Source: an uncultured delta proteobacterium (GTDB taxonomy: Bacteria > Desulfobacterota > Binatia > UBA9968). From it: DNA of 64,000 nt. The notes beneath the pieces were generated by a model. That model made no database searches. It was not told where the DNA came from and saw only the letters and a list, made by a program, of their open reading frames with translations. The first letter of the stretch is position 1. Each line of letters begins with the position of its first letter. Location: contig CAWJBB010000041.1 in assembly GCA_963840855.1 (NCBI GenBank), forward strand, positions 256,001-320,000. The letters are read 5' to 3'. Shown here piece after piece: positions 22,053 through 32,392 of the stretch. Both the position numbers and the translations under genes were made by a program.

Positions 22053-23264
22053 TCAGATCACTCCCTCGGCGCGCAGCGCCACCAGATCATCGGCATTCAT
22101 ACCCAACTCGCCGCGATAGATTTCGTCGTTGTGCTCGCCGAGCAGCGGCGCGGGCCGAAAAATTCCGCCGGGGGTGTCCATCAGCCGGGGCACCACGCCG
22201 AACTGTTTGTACTTGCCGATCACCGGATGCTCCATGTCAACGAAAAGGCCACGCGCTTTGGTCTGTTCCATTTCAATGAATTCGCCCGCGGTGTTGATCG
22301 GGGTGACGGCGATGCGGCGCTTTTGCCCTTCGTCATACAATTCTTCCTTGGTGTGCCGCGCGCAGAACTCCGCGATGGCTTTGGTCACGATATCCGGATG
22401 CTGCCGCCGGTACGACATCTTTTCGAACTCCGGACCGGAGATCGACGGGGGCCGTCCCATCCAGTCTACGAGGCGCCGCCATTGTTCGACGGGAATGATG
22501 AAAATCCGCGCGTAACCATTCTTGGTCGCGTAGGGATCGTAAAGATCGGTCTCTTCGCCTTTGCGCGAAGCGCGCGCTGGTTTCTCGCCGGTGTAACCGT
22601 AGTTTGGGATAAAATAGCCGGCGATATGGCCGGCGCACTCGTGCATTGAGACATCGATGTACTGGCCGTCACCGCCTTCGAGCCGATGGTAGAGCGCCAC
22701 GGCGATACCGAATGCTCCGTAGGTCGAGGCCATACCGTAAGCGATCTCGCCGGGCGGCTGCAGCGGCGGCTCGCCGGGTTCTCCGGCGAGATACAGCAGA
22801 TTTCCCAGCGCGATACCGGCCATGTCGTTGGCTTTGTAATCACGCCACGGCCCGCGCTGCCCGAAAGGCGTGATAGCGGCGTAAATCAAACGGGGATACT
22901 GCGCGTGCAGGGTCTCGTAGCCGAGGCCCAACTTATCCATTGTTCCGGGACGCGCCGTCTCAATCACGACGTCGGCTTTACGCGCCAGTTCGAGAAACAG
23001 CGCGCGGCCGTCAGGTTTTTCGATGTCGAGGGTGATGCCGCGCTTGTTGGTATTGAAGTGCAGGAAGTAAAGACTCTTCTCGGCGTGCGGCGTGTCGTCT
23101 TTAAACGGCGGGATGCGCCGGGATTCGTCGCCGGACGGCTGCTCGATCTTGATCACGTCCGCGCCCATGTCGGCGAGAAGTTTGGTGCAGTGCAGTCCCA
23201 ACGGCCCCGCCAAGTCGAGCACCCGATAATCGGACAGCGGCCCTATCCTTTGTGCATTTGCCAT
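22053..23264 (-). CDS. Class III CoA-transferase (CaiB/BaiF)
   Basis: PLSDYRVLDL, LADMGADVIKIE, NTNKRGITLD, APLLGEHN. Confidence 0.92.
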   Translation of the reverse strand: MANAQRIGPLSDYRVLDLAGPLGLHCTKLLADMGADVIKIEQPSGDESRRIPPFKDDTPHAEKSLYFLHFNTNKRGITLDIEKPDGRALFLELARKADVVIETARPGTMDKLGLGYETLHAQYPRLIYAAITPFGQRGPWRDYKANDMAGIALGNLLYLAGEPGEPPLQPPGEIAYGMASTYGAFGIAVALYHRLEGGDGQYIDVSMHECAGHIAGYFIPNYGYTGEKPARASRKGEETDLYDPYATKNGYARIFIIPVEQWRRLVDWMGRPPSISGPEFEKMSYRRQHPDIVTKAIAEFCARHTKEELYDEGQKRRIAVTPINTAGEFIEMEQTKARGLFVDMEHPVIGKYKQFGVVPRLMDTPGGIFRPAPLLGEHNDEIYRGELGMNADDLVALRAEGVI

Positions 23265-23518
23265 CGTCAGTCCTTTTGAGCGTGATGCAAAGTTCAATTG
23301 GGTTTTATGTTAGATGGAACAACGGTGTCAAGCGCGCGTGTGCGCGGCGCTCTGATCTCACTGTGTAGTCAGCATCTAGCGGTAGGTTGAATAGGCGATT
23401 TTTGAAGCAAACAGGCCCTTCCTTACTTTCCCGTCGCGTGCTAGAAGGCAGCCAGTTCTGGCGTAATCCAGGTCGCACGCTAGGGAGACGCGCCACGCGA
23501 GAAAGGAGTAAGACCGGG

Positions 23519-24490
23519 ATGAAGCTAGTTTCCTGCCTGTTAGCTCTATTGGTTTTCCTGCCGGTTAAAGGGCTCTGCCAGGAGCGCATCAAGTTTCCCG
23601 TGGGGGTGTCTTCCAAGGTGCTCGGTTACGGGCATCTATGGGCGGCTTGGCGCCGCGGTTATTTCGAGCGTGAAGGTCTCGACGCGGAAGTCGTCGTGAT
23701 GCGCGGCACGGCGCCGGCCGTGCAGGCGCTGATCGCCGGGTCGATCAACGCGGGGCTATTGGCCAACGACGGGCCGATCACAGCGGTGGAGCAGGGGATG
23801 GATCTTTCGATGGTTGCCAGCGGCAGTAAACTCACCCATATGCTTCTCGGCGCGAAGAACTACAAGACCTGGGAAGATCTGCGCGGCGCGACCATCGGCT
23901 CTTCGACGCTGACTTCAGGGACGGCATTCGTTCTTCGAAGGGCATTGAAGCTCAAGGGCTTGGAGTACCCACGCGATTACAAGCTTCTCGCGGTCGGCGG
24001 CACGGGGCCATCCTTCGCCGCCATGAATGCCGGACAGATTGCCGCGGCAATGCAAGCAGTTCCCTATGCTTTTCAAGCCCAGGACGCGGGATTTAACGTG
24101 ATCGGCCGTATCTCGGATATTCTGCCGAATTATTTGCTGTCCGCCTATACCGTGAGACGTAGCTGGGCCGAAAAGAATCGCCCCACGGTGGTTCGTTTTC
24201 TGAAGTCGATTGTGCGCGCCAAGAAATGGTTCGAACAAGACCGCAAGGCCGCAACCGACTTTTTGGCGAAGGAATTTCAGCTGACCCCGAGCCTTGCCGA
24301 GAAAGGGCTCGACTATTATCTAACTACCCAGGCGTGGCACCCGGAGCTTGAAATCGAATTGGATGGTCTCAAGACGGTGATCGACATCTACGCCGAGCAA
24401 ACCGGAATGAAAGGGGCGATACCGAGCCCGGAAAAATACGTCGACGCGAGTTACCTGCGGCAGGCGCTGAAGGAACTCGGCCTGCGGTAA
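23519..24490 (+). CDS. NMT1/SsuA-like substrate-binding protein
   Basis: Signal peptide, GYFEREGLDAEVV, EDLRGATIG. Confidence 0.8.
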   Translation: MKLVSCLLALLVFLPVKGLCQERIKFPVGVSSKVLGYGHLWAAWRRGYFEREGLDAEVVVMRGTAPAVQALIAGSINAGLLANDGPITAVEQGMDLSMVASGSKLTHMLLGAKNYKTWEDLRGATIGSSTLTSGTAFVLRRALKLKGLEYPRDYKLLAVGGTGPSFAAMNAGQIAAAMQAVPYAFQAQDAGFNVIGRISDILPNYLLSAYTVRRSWAEKNRPTVVRFLKSIVRAKKWFEQDRKAATDFLAKEFQLTPSLAEKGLDYYLTTQAWHPELEIELDGLKTVIDIYAEQTGMKGAIPSPEKYVDASYLRQALKELGLR

Positions 24491-24648
24491 CGCCTGCGTG
24501 CTTGCCCTCCGAACGGGCAACCACATAGGGTTGCCCCGACAAATTTTGGCGACGCTGAACCACTACCCCGTTTATGGTTTGCTTGACAGTTTAGTTTCAG
24601 GCTTGCTATGGATGATAGGATAAATTTTTCTTTCGAGGAGACCACTAC

Positions 24649-25689
24649 ATGCTAGACGGAAAACTTAGGATCGCGCCTACCTGTTATCATATGCTTCATC
24701 AAGTGCCGGTTCGGGTCGCGCACGAAATGAATTTCTTTTACGATGAGGGACTCAAGACCGCCGATGGCTCCCTCGCCTACGAGTTGCTCACCGACTCCAT
24801 GGTGCCCTTCGGACTCGAAAAGCTCGGCATTTCGCAAGCGATGAAAGAGAAGTCGGTGGATATCGCCCTCGACGTCCAATCACGGACCATTTTCTATCAG
24901 CGGGCACGCGGCGCGGATATTTACATCCTCGCGGGTTGGCGCAATCAACATACGAACCTGTGGGTGGGGCCGCCGCATATAAAGTCCCTGCAGGAGCTGA
25001 AGGGCAAACGGGTGGGCATCAGCGACTATAACAGCATTCGCCATTGGGCGATCCAGATTCAATTGAAAAAAGCCGGTCTGGATCTGGAACGCGACGTCGA
25101 ATGGGTCAGGATCGGTGTCAATTCGAGCCTTCACGTTGATGCGATCCGTAGCGGTCGAGTCGAGTGCGCTCCGGTGCCGCCCTGGTACGCGGAGGACCTG
25201 ATCAAAGAGGGCTGCAACGTGCTCGTCTCGCCGGCGGATCAATATCCCGACGGGCGTCCCGAGCGGATCATTGCCGCTACAGGAAGAATCCTGGAAGAGC
25301 ACCCCGATATGGTCAAAGCTTTTCTCAAGGGGATGATCCGCTCCTATTGGTTTGTCCGGGACATGCCCAAGAACTACGAGTATATAGGAAATCTCGAAAA
25401 ACGCATTCGCCTCCTTAGTCCGGACCCCGAGGAACGTATCGTTCGTGAGCCACGCTCCCTCCGCGATCTGGAAGCAATGCCGTTTCCACTGGATGGAAAA
25501 GCGACGGGATTTGAAGACATGCTCAAAGAGGAGGAGCGGCTGGGCGAGCTTAATTACAATGTCCCGCCGATCAAAGAGGTTGCGGCGCAGGATCTGGTCG
25601 ACGAGGCTTATCAAGAACTGAGAGCGCGTCCGCAGTTGGCGGAGGAATACCAGCGGGTAAGCAAGATCGCCGAGAAGTGGGGATACTAG
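24649..25689 (+). CDS. NMT1/SsuA-like binding-fold protein without obvious signal peptide
   Basis: IKSLQELKGKRVGIS, AGLDLERDVEWV, HPDMVKAFLKG. Confidence 0.7.
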   Translation: MLDGKLRIAPTCYHMLHQVPVRVAHEMNFFYDEGLKTADGSLAYELLTDSMVPFGLEKLGISQAMKEKSVDIALDVQSRTIFYQRARGADIYILAGWRNQHTNLWVGPPHIKSLQELKGKRVGISDYNSIRHWAIQIQLKKAGLDLERDVEWVRIGVNSSLHVDAIRSGRVECAPVPPWYAEDLIKEGCNVLVSPADQYPDGRPERIIAATGRILEEHPDMVKAFLKGMIRSYWFVRDMPKNYEYIGNLEKRIRLLSPDPEERIVREPRSLRDLEAMPFPLDGKATGFEDMLKEEERLGELNYNVPPIKEVAAQDLVDEAYQELRARPQLAEEYQRVSKIAEKWGY

Positions 25690-25721
25690 TGCCGCTGGAC
25701 AGGGTAGGACGAGAGGGTTTG

Positions 25722-26753
25722 ATGAAAACTAAAAGCTTGGCTGTACTCTTTTTAGTTATCGCCGCGCTTTTCGGCACGCGGCTGTACGCTCAAAGCGGCA
25801 AGAACTTCTACGAGGGAAAATCCATTTCGTATCTCGTCGGTTCAACCGCCGGTGGCGGAAGCGATTTGACGGCCAGGCTCGTCGCGCGGCACATGGAAAG
25901 GCACATCCCAGGTAAGCCGCGCATCGACGTCATCAATAAACCGGGCGCTGGCGGCATGATCGCCATGAACGAACTATACAACCTGAGAAAGCCCGACGGC
26001 CTGAGCATGGTTCCGATCAACGTAAGTGCCCTGTTTGCCATGGCTGCGGGTAATGAAGCGATCAAGTTTGACCTGCGGAAATTTATCTGGCTCGGGCAAG
26101 CCTTCGACGACGCGCAGACGCTTTACTTGCGCTCCTCGACTCCCTACACGAGCTTCGATGCGATCCGAAAAGCCAATAAAGAAGGCAAGCTGCCGAAAAT
26201 GGGCGCACAGTCCCTCGACCACACGAGCAACGTTGTCGTCAAGATCGTCGGTCACATTCTCGGCCTGGAGTTCCACGTTATTCCTGGTTATCCGGGCACG
26301 CCGCAGATCTTGCTCGACATCGAGCGGGGCGCCCTCGATGGCCGGGCACAAAGCACGGGCTCACTCTTCGCAACCAAACGGGAGTGGCTGAAAAGCGGGT
26401 ATGTGAAGGCGCTATTAACTTCCAAAAAAACCCGTGACCCGCGAACCCCCGAGCTGCCCAGCATTGAAGAACTCGCGCCGTCGGGGAGCAAAGGCTTACT
26501 AAACGCTCTTCATGCGGCGCAAAATATATCCAGATCTACCGCAGTGGCACCCGGGGTGCCGGCCGACCGGGTGAAAATCTTACGCGACGCCTTTAGCGCA
26601 ATGACTAAGGATGAGCTTTTCCTGAAAGAGGCCGAAAAGATGGGATTGGAAATCAGTTTGATTCGCGGTGAAGACATGAACCGGGACGTCGAAGAAACCA
26701 TCCGGGACAAGCGGCTCATGGAGATGTACCGGACGATTACTGAGGTGAAGTAG
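25722..26753 (+). CDS. Bug/TctC tripartite tricarboxylate transporter binding protein
   Basis: GSTAGGGSDL, NKPGAGG, KPDGL, GYPG, ERGALDG. Confidence 0.88.
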   Translation: MKTKSLAVLFLVIAALFGTRLYAQSGKNFYEGKSISYLVGSTAGGGSDLTARLVARHMERHIPGKPRIDVINKPGAGGMIAMNELYNLRKPDGLSMVPINVSALFAMAAGNEAIKFDLRKFIWLGQAFDDAQTLYLRSSTPYTSFDAIRKANKEGKLPKMGAQSLDHTSNVVVKIVGHILGLEFHVIPGYPGTPQILLDIERGALDGRAQSTGSLFATKREWLKSGYVKALLTSKKTRDPRTPELPSIEELAPSGSKGLLNALHAAQNISRSTAVAPGVPADRVKILRDAFSAMTKDELFLKEAEKMGLEISLIRGEDMNRDVEETIRDKRLMEMYRTITEVK

Positions 26754-26840
26754 AAACAGCGCAGCTTGCGGTCGGCGGAGTTCGGTATGTTTAAGGGGCG
26801 TTTTTGAACAGACGAATACCCAGACATACTCCAACCTCTG

Positions 26841-26897
26841 ACCATGCGCGACAAGCGGCTCATGGCTATGTACAAGACGATCACGACGGTAAAGTGA
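26841..26897 (+). repeat. Diverged duplicate of the last 18 codons plus stop of the upstream Bug gene
   Basis: TMRDKRLMAMYKTITTVK* versus TIRDKRLMEMYRTITEVK* (26697-26753). Confidence 0.8.
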
Positions 26898-27005
26898 AAT
26901 GTGTCACCAGCGATCAGTTTCAATTGCCAGGAAATTTAAATGAAGGAGGGAGGGGATACCAATCTCTGACGATTGACCATTTTCCCCTCCATATTTTTGT
27001 CCACT

Positions 27006-28442
27006 ATGTCTTCCCTCGCCATGCTCATCGATTTCGGCAGCACTTATACGAAAGTTGTCGCGGTAGATCTCGCTTCCGCCGAAGTTGTCGGCCGGAGCCA
27101 GTCGGCGTCAACCGTTCAAACCGACGTGCGTGAAGGATTGCTCGACGCGCTGACGCAACTGCACGCGCGTCACGGCTTATTCGACTCACAACCCAAGGAT
27201 CTCGCCGCTCTCGATGGCACGCTGGTGCTTGCTTCGAGCAGCGCCGCGGGCGGACTGCGCATGGCGGTGATCGGTTTGGTTCCCGGCCTGACGGTGGAGG
27301 CCGCGAACCAGGCGGCGCTGGGCGCCGGGGCTAAACTGATCGGCTCATGGTCGTTCAAGCTTCGTGACCAAGCGGTCGTTGAGATCGAAGCGCAGCGCCC
27401 CGACATGATCCTGCTCACGGGTGGAACCGATGGCGGCGACTCGGAAACGATCCTGCACAATGCAAGGCTGTTGGCCGGCTCCTCCCTCGCGGTACCCATT
27501 GTCGTAGCGGGTAACCAAGCCGTCGCCGGGGAAGTTGGCGCGATCCTCGGGCGGGGCGGAAAAGAAGTCCGCGCCGCCGCCAACGTTATGCCTCGTTCGG
27601 GTAAACTGGCGGTTGAGACCGCGCGCGAAGAAATCCGCAAATTGTTCATGGAGCGCATCACGCAGGCGAAAGGCATGGACCGATTGGGCGCTCTAGTTCC
27701 TGTGATTTTGCCGACGCCGATGGCGGTTCTCGAAGGCGCGCAGCTCGGCGCGCAGGGGACGGATGGAGATAATGGCTGGGGAGATCTGCTCCTGGTCGAT
27801 GTGGGCGGCGCGACCACAGATGTTCATTCAATCGGCTACGGACAGGCGACGGGACCGCAGGTGGCAGAAAAGGGATTACCCGAGCCCTTCGCCAAACGCA
27901 CCGTCGAAGGCGACTTAGGTATCCGCTTCAACGCAGGGACGCTGGTGGAGCGCGTCGGCATCGAGTGCTTTGAAGGTGAATTCCGCGAAGCGTTTCCCCA
28001 ATTCGACATCTCCCGCGCGCAAATCGCGCAGTACGTCGACGACATCAGCCGGGAAACTTCCAGAGTTCCTCAATCGGAGTGGCACGCCGCGGTGGACGCG
28101 CAACTGGCGCGCATCGCCGTGGATATCGGCGTGGAGCGCCATGTCGGCAAAAAGGAAAGAATCGTCACCCACGAAGGGGAAGCATGGATGTACTACGGCA
28201 AGGACTTAACCGAGACTCGGACAGTGATCGGCACGGGCGGCGTGTTTATTTACAATCCCCACGCCGGCCACATTCTTTCGGCGGGCAGTGTGGGCAATGG
28301 CCGTTATGAAATTCTCAGGCCGAAACAACCCGAGCTCTTCGTCGATGGGTCCTATCTGCTTTACGCCGTCGGCTTACTGTCGCGCGGCCACGCCGACGTG
28401 GCGCTGCGGCTGTTCAAACATTTCATAACGCCGCTGCAGTGA
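27006..28442 (+). CDS. glmL: GlmL/MutL glutamate-mutase accessory ATPase family
   Basis: IDFGSTYTK, SSAAGGLRM, GGTDGG, PTPMAV, VDVGGATTDVHS, KRTVEGDLG. Confidence 0.88.
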   Translation: MSSLAMLIDFGSTYTKVVAVDLASAEVVGRSQSASTVQTDVREGLLDALTQLHARHGLFDSQPKDLAALDGTLVLASSSAAGGLRMAVIGLVPGLTVEAANQAALGAGAKLIGSWSFKLRDQAVVEIEAQRPDMILLTGGTDGGDSETILHNARLLAGSSLAVPIVVAGNQAVAGEVGAILGRGGKEVRAAANVMPRSGKLAVETAREEIRKLFMERITQAKGMDRLGALVPVILPTPMAVLEGAQLGAQGTDGDNGWGDLLLVDVGGATTDVHSIGYGQATGPQVAEKGLPEPFAKRTVEGDLGIRFNAGTLVERVGIECFEGEFREAFPQFDISRAQIAQYVDDISRETSRVPQSEWHAAVDAQLARIAVDIGVERHVGKKERIVTHEGEAWMYYGKDLTETRTVIGTGGVFIYNPHAGHILSAGSVGNGRYEILRPKQPELFVDGSYLLYAVGLLSRGHADVALRLFKHFITPLQ

Positions 28443-28456
28443 GAAACGGCGCCGTG

Positions 28457-29530
28457 CTACAAGGCAAAAAGCGCCTTCGGATTGTGATAGGTGATCTTGT
28501 CGTATTGGCTTTCGCTAATCGTGCCTTGTCTCTTGAGAATACGCAGCGCTTCGACTTCGGTGGACTGGTCGTTGTGTCCGTAGTCCGTGCCGATCGTAAT
28601 ATTGTCCTCGCCGGAATATTTGAGAATATAATCCACGTCATCGTCGGTCTGGCAGCTGACGAACTGGCGGTACTCTTTTAGCGGGTACTCCGGTATTGCC
28701 TTGCCAATGGCGCCCCAGCGGCGCTGCAAATCCTTTACCACATAGGGTATCCACTGCGCGGCGGCCTCGGCCCAGTGGAAGCGGAGCTTGGGAAATAACT
28801 GCGGTACCTCGCTCATCATTACGGAATGACACGCGCCGATGACCGGGATGCGAAATTTCCAGAAGCTGCCGCCGCCGTTGTACTGCGAGACCAGATCGAG
28901 CACTTGCGGATTGCCGTTGCCGACGTGCACTCCGACGGCCATATCGAGGCGGCTTATCTCTTCGTACAGTGGATAGAAATAGGGATGGGTGATCATGCGG
29001 TTACCTTCGATGCCCCGCATGAATACGCCGCAGGCGCCATGCTGGCGGCAAAAGCGCAGTTCCTCCAGCGACGCGCTCATGTCGAGCAGCGGCAGGACGC
29101 AGATCCATCGCAGCCGCCCTTGGCCCTGCCTGTGAATATCGGCGAGCCAGCGGTTGTAACCCCTGCAGATGGCGATTTCCCACTCGGCCTTGTCGGCGAT
29201 TTGCTCGATGAATATGGTCGGATAGAGCACCTGGATGTCGATGCCGAGTTGATCCATATGGCGCAGGCGGGCCGGCACGTTTTCCATTTCGCGGGTTTCC
29301 CGGGGCGTACCCATGTCGCGGCCCGTACGCTCGGCTACGTCCGCTATCTCCTTGGCCGTCAAGATGATCCGCACTAGCCCGCGTATCTTGCCGTCGATGT
29401 ACCAGTATTCGCCGCCGCTCTCGCCGCGCGGGCGCACGATGAGCGGGCGATACTTTTGATCGGCGGAGTCCATGAAGTCCCAAGTATGCTCGGACTCCAC
29501 GACGTGGGCGTCGGAATCGATGGTCGGCAT
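28457..29530 (-). CDS. Amidohydrolase_2 family protein
   Basis: IDSDAHV, GIDIQVLYPT, YNRWLAD, GTDYGH. Confidence 0.88.
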   Translation of the reverse strand: MPTIDSDAHVVESEHTWDFMDSADQKYRPLIVRPRGESGGEYWYIDGKIRGLVRIILTAKEIADVAERTGRDMGTPRETREMENVPARLRHMDQLGIDIQVLYPTIFIEQIADKAEWEIAICRGYNRWLADIHRQGQGRLRWICVLPLLDMSASLEELRFCRQHGACGVFMRGIEGNRMITHPYFYPLYEEISRLDMAVGVHVGNGNPQVLDLVSQYNGGGSFWKFRIPVIGACHSVMMSEVPQLFPKLRFHWAEAAAQWIPYVVKDLQRRWGAIGKAIPEYPLKEYRQFVSCQTDDDVDYILKYSGEDNITIGTDYGHNDQSTEVEALRILKRQGTISESQYDKITYHNPKALFAL

Positions 29531-29600
29531 GGCTGTTATCTCCGCGGCTCGGTCTCAAATCGGCGGTCCAGGCTTGGTCCGCGAGACCCTCGTGCTGTGC

Positions 29601-29855
29601 TTATTCTTTGCCCTTGAGCAGGTGATCGTTGTCTTTGAGAAAAGCCTTCATCTCGTCGGCGATGTCGAAGAGCCGGCGCCATTGCTCCTTATAAAGCGTC
29701 ACGGGAAACCTGCCGAGGCCGTAGACGGACAGCGCGCCTTTTTCGCTGACCTTGAGGCGCAGTTGGCCGGGTTTTCGTTGATCCATCTGCTCCCGCAAGA
29801 CTTTGTTTTCCGCCTCGAGACGGGCAAGTTTTTCTTCGGCTGATTCTTCCGCCAT
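29601..29855 (-). CDS. Small conserved hypothetical protein
   Basis: Coiled coil followed by LKVSEKGALSVYGLGRFPVTLYKEQW. Confidence 0.7.
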   Translation of the reverse strand: MAEESAEEKLARLEAENKVLREQMDQRKPGQLRLKVSEKGALSVYGLGRFPVTLYKEQWRRLFDIADEMKAFLKDNDHLLKGKE

Positions 29856-30138
29856 AACGACTCCATTCAAATCATTTATTTCCCCGCGCGCCGCTGAACT
29901 CGGCGCAGCGCGCGTGAATGGCCCTATCCTTAGCACAAGCGCCGTCCTAAGTCAGGCTGATTTTCGTGGCCCGTGTTCGTCCGAGCAAAAGCGCGAGGAA
30001 TGATGACGATTTCCGCGACGCCGTCGAGCGCACCCTTCCACCTTGCTCAGGGCAGGCCAGGTGCGTCTTTTTTATGGCCCGCGAACAGCCGATTGGGCAT
30101 TGACACCAACCACGCGTCGATGATAACCGCGAAGGAGA

Positions 30139-31011
30139 ATGGCTGAGCCCAACGAAGTCCTTTACGACAAACAGCGGAGCGGCGTGCTCATCACGCTCAA
30201 CCGGCCGGAGGCGATGAATGCCGCCACCCGGCCGATGATCAGGAAATTGTCGTCGGCGCTCGATGACGCCGTCGCCGATCCAGAGGTGCGCGCCATCGTG
30301 CTTACCGGTGCCGGCCGCGCTTTCTGCACCGGCATGGATCAAGGCGGTGGGCCGGGGCGGCGCCGGGAGATCGACTGGCCTTACGGCGTTCGCTCGGGTA
30401 TGACGGCCTCGGAATTTATCGACGAGTTCCGCGGTCATCACAGTTTCTTCATGAGAATGTTTGAGTGCGAAAAACCCATCATCGGCGCGATCAATGGATG
30501 GGCCATGGGAGTGGGTTCATGGATGGCGTTATTTACCCACATCACCATCGCCTCGGAGCAGGCAGTTATCGCGCAGCCCGAAGTGCGGCATGGCTCGAAC
30601 ACGGGATTCATCTGGAGCTTGCTGGCGGGTTTCAAGGACGGGCTCCGTTATTCCCTGACCGGCGATCACATCGATGCCCAGGAGGCCTTGCGCATCGGTC
30701 TTGTCTCTAAAGTGGTGCCGCAGGATCGGTTGCTGGAAGAATGTTTCAAGATCGTCGAGCGCATCGCGCTGGTGCCGCCGGAGACCGTCAAGCTCAATCT
30801 TGCGACCGCGATCATGGGTATGCAGATGATGGGTTTTCGTGACGCATGGACTCTGGACGGCCAGCTTTCGGCCGGGGCGCACACGATGCTGCGCGAGGAA
30901 TTGCGCCGCCCGCTGGAAGAAACGCGCAAGAATCACGGCACGAAAGCGTATCTGCAGATGCGCGACGGGCCGTTTCAGCCGGAGCCGTTCGGGCCAAGAG
31001 CGAAAAAATAA
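30139..31011 (+). CDS. Enoyl-CoA hydratase/isomerase family
   Basis: TLNRPEAMNA, GRAFCTGMD, KPIIGAINGWAMG, QPEVRHG. Confidence 0.9.
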   Translation: MAEPNEVLYDKQRSGVLITLNRPEAMNAATRPMIRKLSSALDDAVADPEVRAIVLTGAGRAFCTGMDQGGGPGRRREIDWPYGVRSGMTASEFIDEFRGHHSFFMRMFECEKPIIGAINGWAMGVGSWMALFTHITIASEQAVIAQPEVRHGSNTGFIWSLLAGFKDGLRYSLTGDHIDAQEALRIGLVSKVVPQDRLLEECFKIVERIALVPPETVKLNLATAIMGMQMMGFRDAWTLDGQLSAGAHTMLREELRRPLEETRKNHGTKAYLQMRDGPFQPEPFGPRAKK

Positions 31012-31141
31012 AGATGTTCCAAATGTTCAAGTCGTTCCAAACGTTCCAATCGTTGGATACAAAGAATTGATCCACATGATGTCGCTCTTCGGGACGACTC
31101 GAACGGCCGCTTTCGAGTAAGCAATAGATTGGAAAGTTAAC

Positions 31142-32023
31142 ATGGAGAGATACCAAACCATTCTATATGATAAACAAAGTAAGGGCGTTCTGATCACGCT
31201 TAACCGGCCGCGGGTGCTCAATGCCATGAACAAGCAGCTCAAAGAAGAACTGCGGGCGGCCTTGGCTGCGGCGGAAGTTGACGAGGATATTCGCGCGGTA
31301 GTTATCGCGGGCGCGGGCGATGCGTTTTCCGTCGGCGATGATTTGGCCGAAGCGGGCGACCGGCCGATGGCATGGCCATATAGCATCCCGGAAGGAAATT
31401 CTTTAGGCCGTGAATACGACCGGCTGCGGGATGCGGCGCGCCAAGAAATGTTGGATCGCCAAATTGAGCGTTGGGAATTTCCCAAACCCATCATCGCTGC
31501 GGTGAGCGGATGGTGTCTTGGCGCCGCTTCGGCTTTGGCCTTGACCTGTCACCTTACCGTCGCAGCCGATGATGCGGTTTTCGGTCAACCTCAGGTGCGC
31601 CACGGCGACGGCAGCGATTTTATTTGGACGGTGCTGGCGAAGTTCAAAAACGCGCTGCGCTACGGTCTCACCGGAGACCCGCTCGATGCCAATGAAGCGT
31701 TGCGTCTACGCCTGGTAAATAAAGTCGTTCCTAAGGAAAGGCTCTTGGGCGAATGTTTTCGTCTGGTTGAGCGCATCGCGCTGGTGCCCCCGGAAACCGT
31801 TAAGATCAACCTGCAAAAGGCGACACTCGGCTGGGAAATGATGGGCTTGGCGAAAGCCTGGTCGTTAAACGCCGAGCTGGCGGCGATGGCGCGGGTGGCG
31901 AAACGCGAGGAGTTTGCTCGCCCATTGGAAGAAGCCAAGAGCCGGGGCGGCATTCGCGCGTTTATCGAGACCCGCGATGCGCCGTTTCAGCCTGAACCCT
32001 ACGGACCGAAATCCAAGAGATAA
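31142..32023 (+). CDS. Enoyl-CoA hydratase/isomerase family, paralog of the previous gene
   Basis: TLNRPRVLNA, KPIIAAVSGWCLG, QPQVRHG; shared ERIALVPPETVK and PFQPEP.GP. Confidence 0.9.
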   Translation: MERYQTILYDKQSKGVLITLNRPRVLNAMNKQLKEELRAALAAAEVDEDIRAVVIAGAGDAFSVGDDLAEAGDRPMAWPYSIPEGNSLGREYDRLRDAARQEMLDRQIERWEFPKPIIAAVSGWCLGAASALALTCHLTVAADDAVFGQPQVRHGDGSDFIWTVLAKFKNALRYGLTGDPLDANEALRLRLVNKVVPKERLLGECFRLVERIALVPPETVKINLQKATLGWEMMGLAKAWSLNAELAAMARVAKREEFARPLEEAKSRGGIRAFIETRDAPFQPEPYGPKSKR

Positions 32024-32071
32024 CCGTTCAAATCGTTCAAGACGTTCAAAATGTTCAAACCGTTGAAAACA

Positions 32072-32294
32072 ATGAAGCTCCTCGGAGCAAAGCTCCGAGG
32101 TATCTTGCGAAATTCCCCGACCTTCGTCGGCCGTAGCCGACTTCGGTCGGCGAAGGCAGAAGCCCTTCCACCCTCCTTGCCTACTCCGCCGAAGCAGTCG
32201 CTTCGGCTGCGAAGGCCGGGCGCCAAGGCTACGGAGGGTTCTCCTCACCTTCATCCTCGCAGCAAGCTGCGAGGTATTCGGCGAAGGAGAATAA
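32072..32294 (+). mobile_element. Non-autonomous hairpin element (IS200/IS605-end or REP-like) with nested inserts
   Basis: Colinear with the reverse complement of 62153-62290, plus two extra palindromic inserts. Confidence 0.65.
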
Positions 32295-32392
32295 ATGGGT
32301 CGACATGATGTAAAGCTTCGGACGACTGGAACGACTCGAACTGCTGGAACAATTGGCACGGCTAGTTCGCTGAATGAGGAAAGGAGATACAA

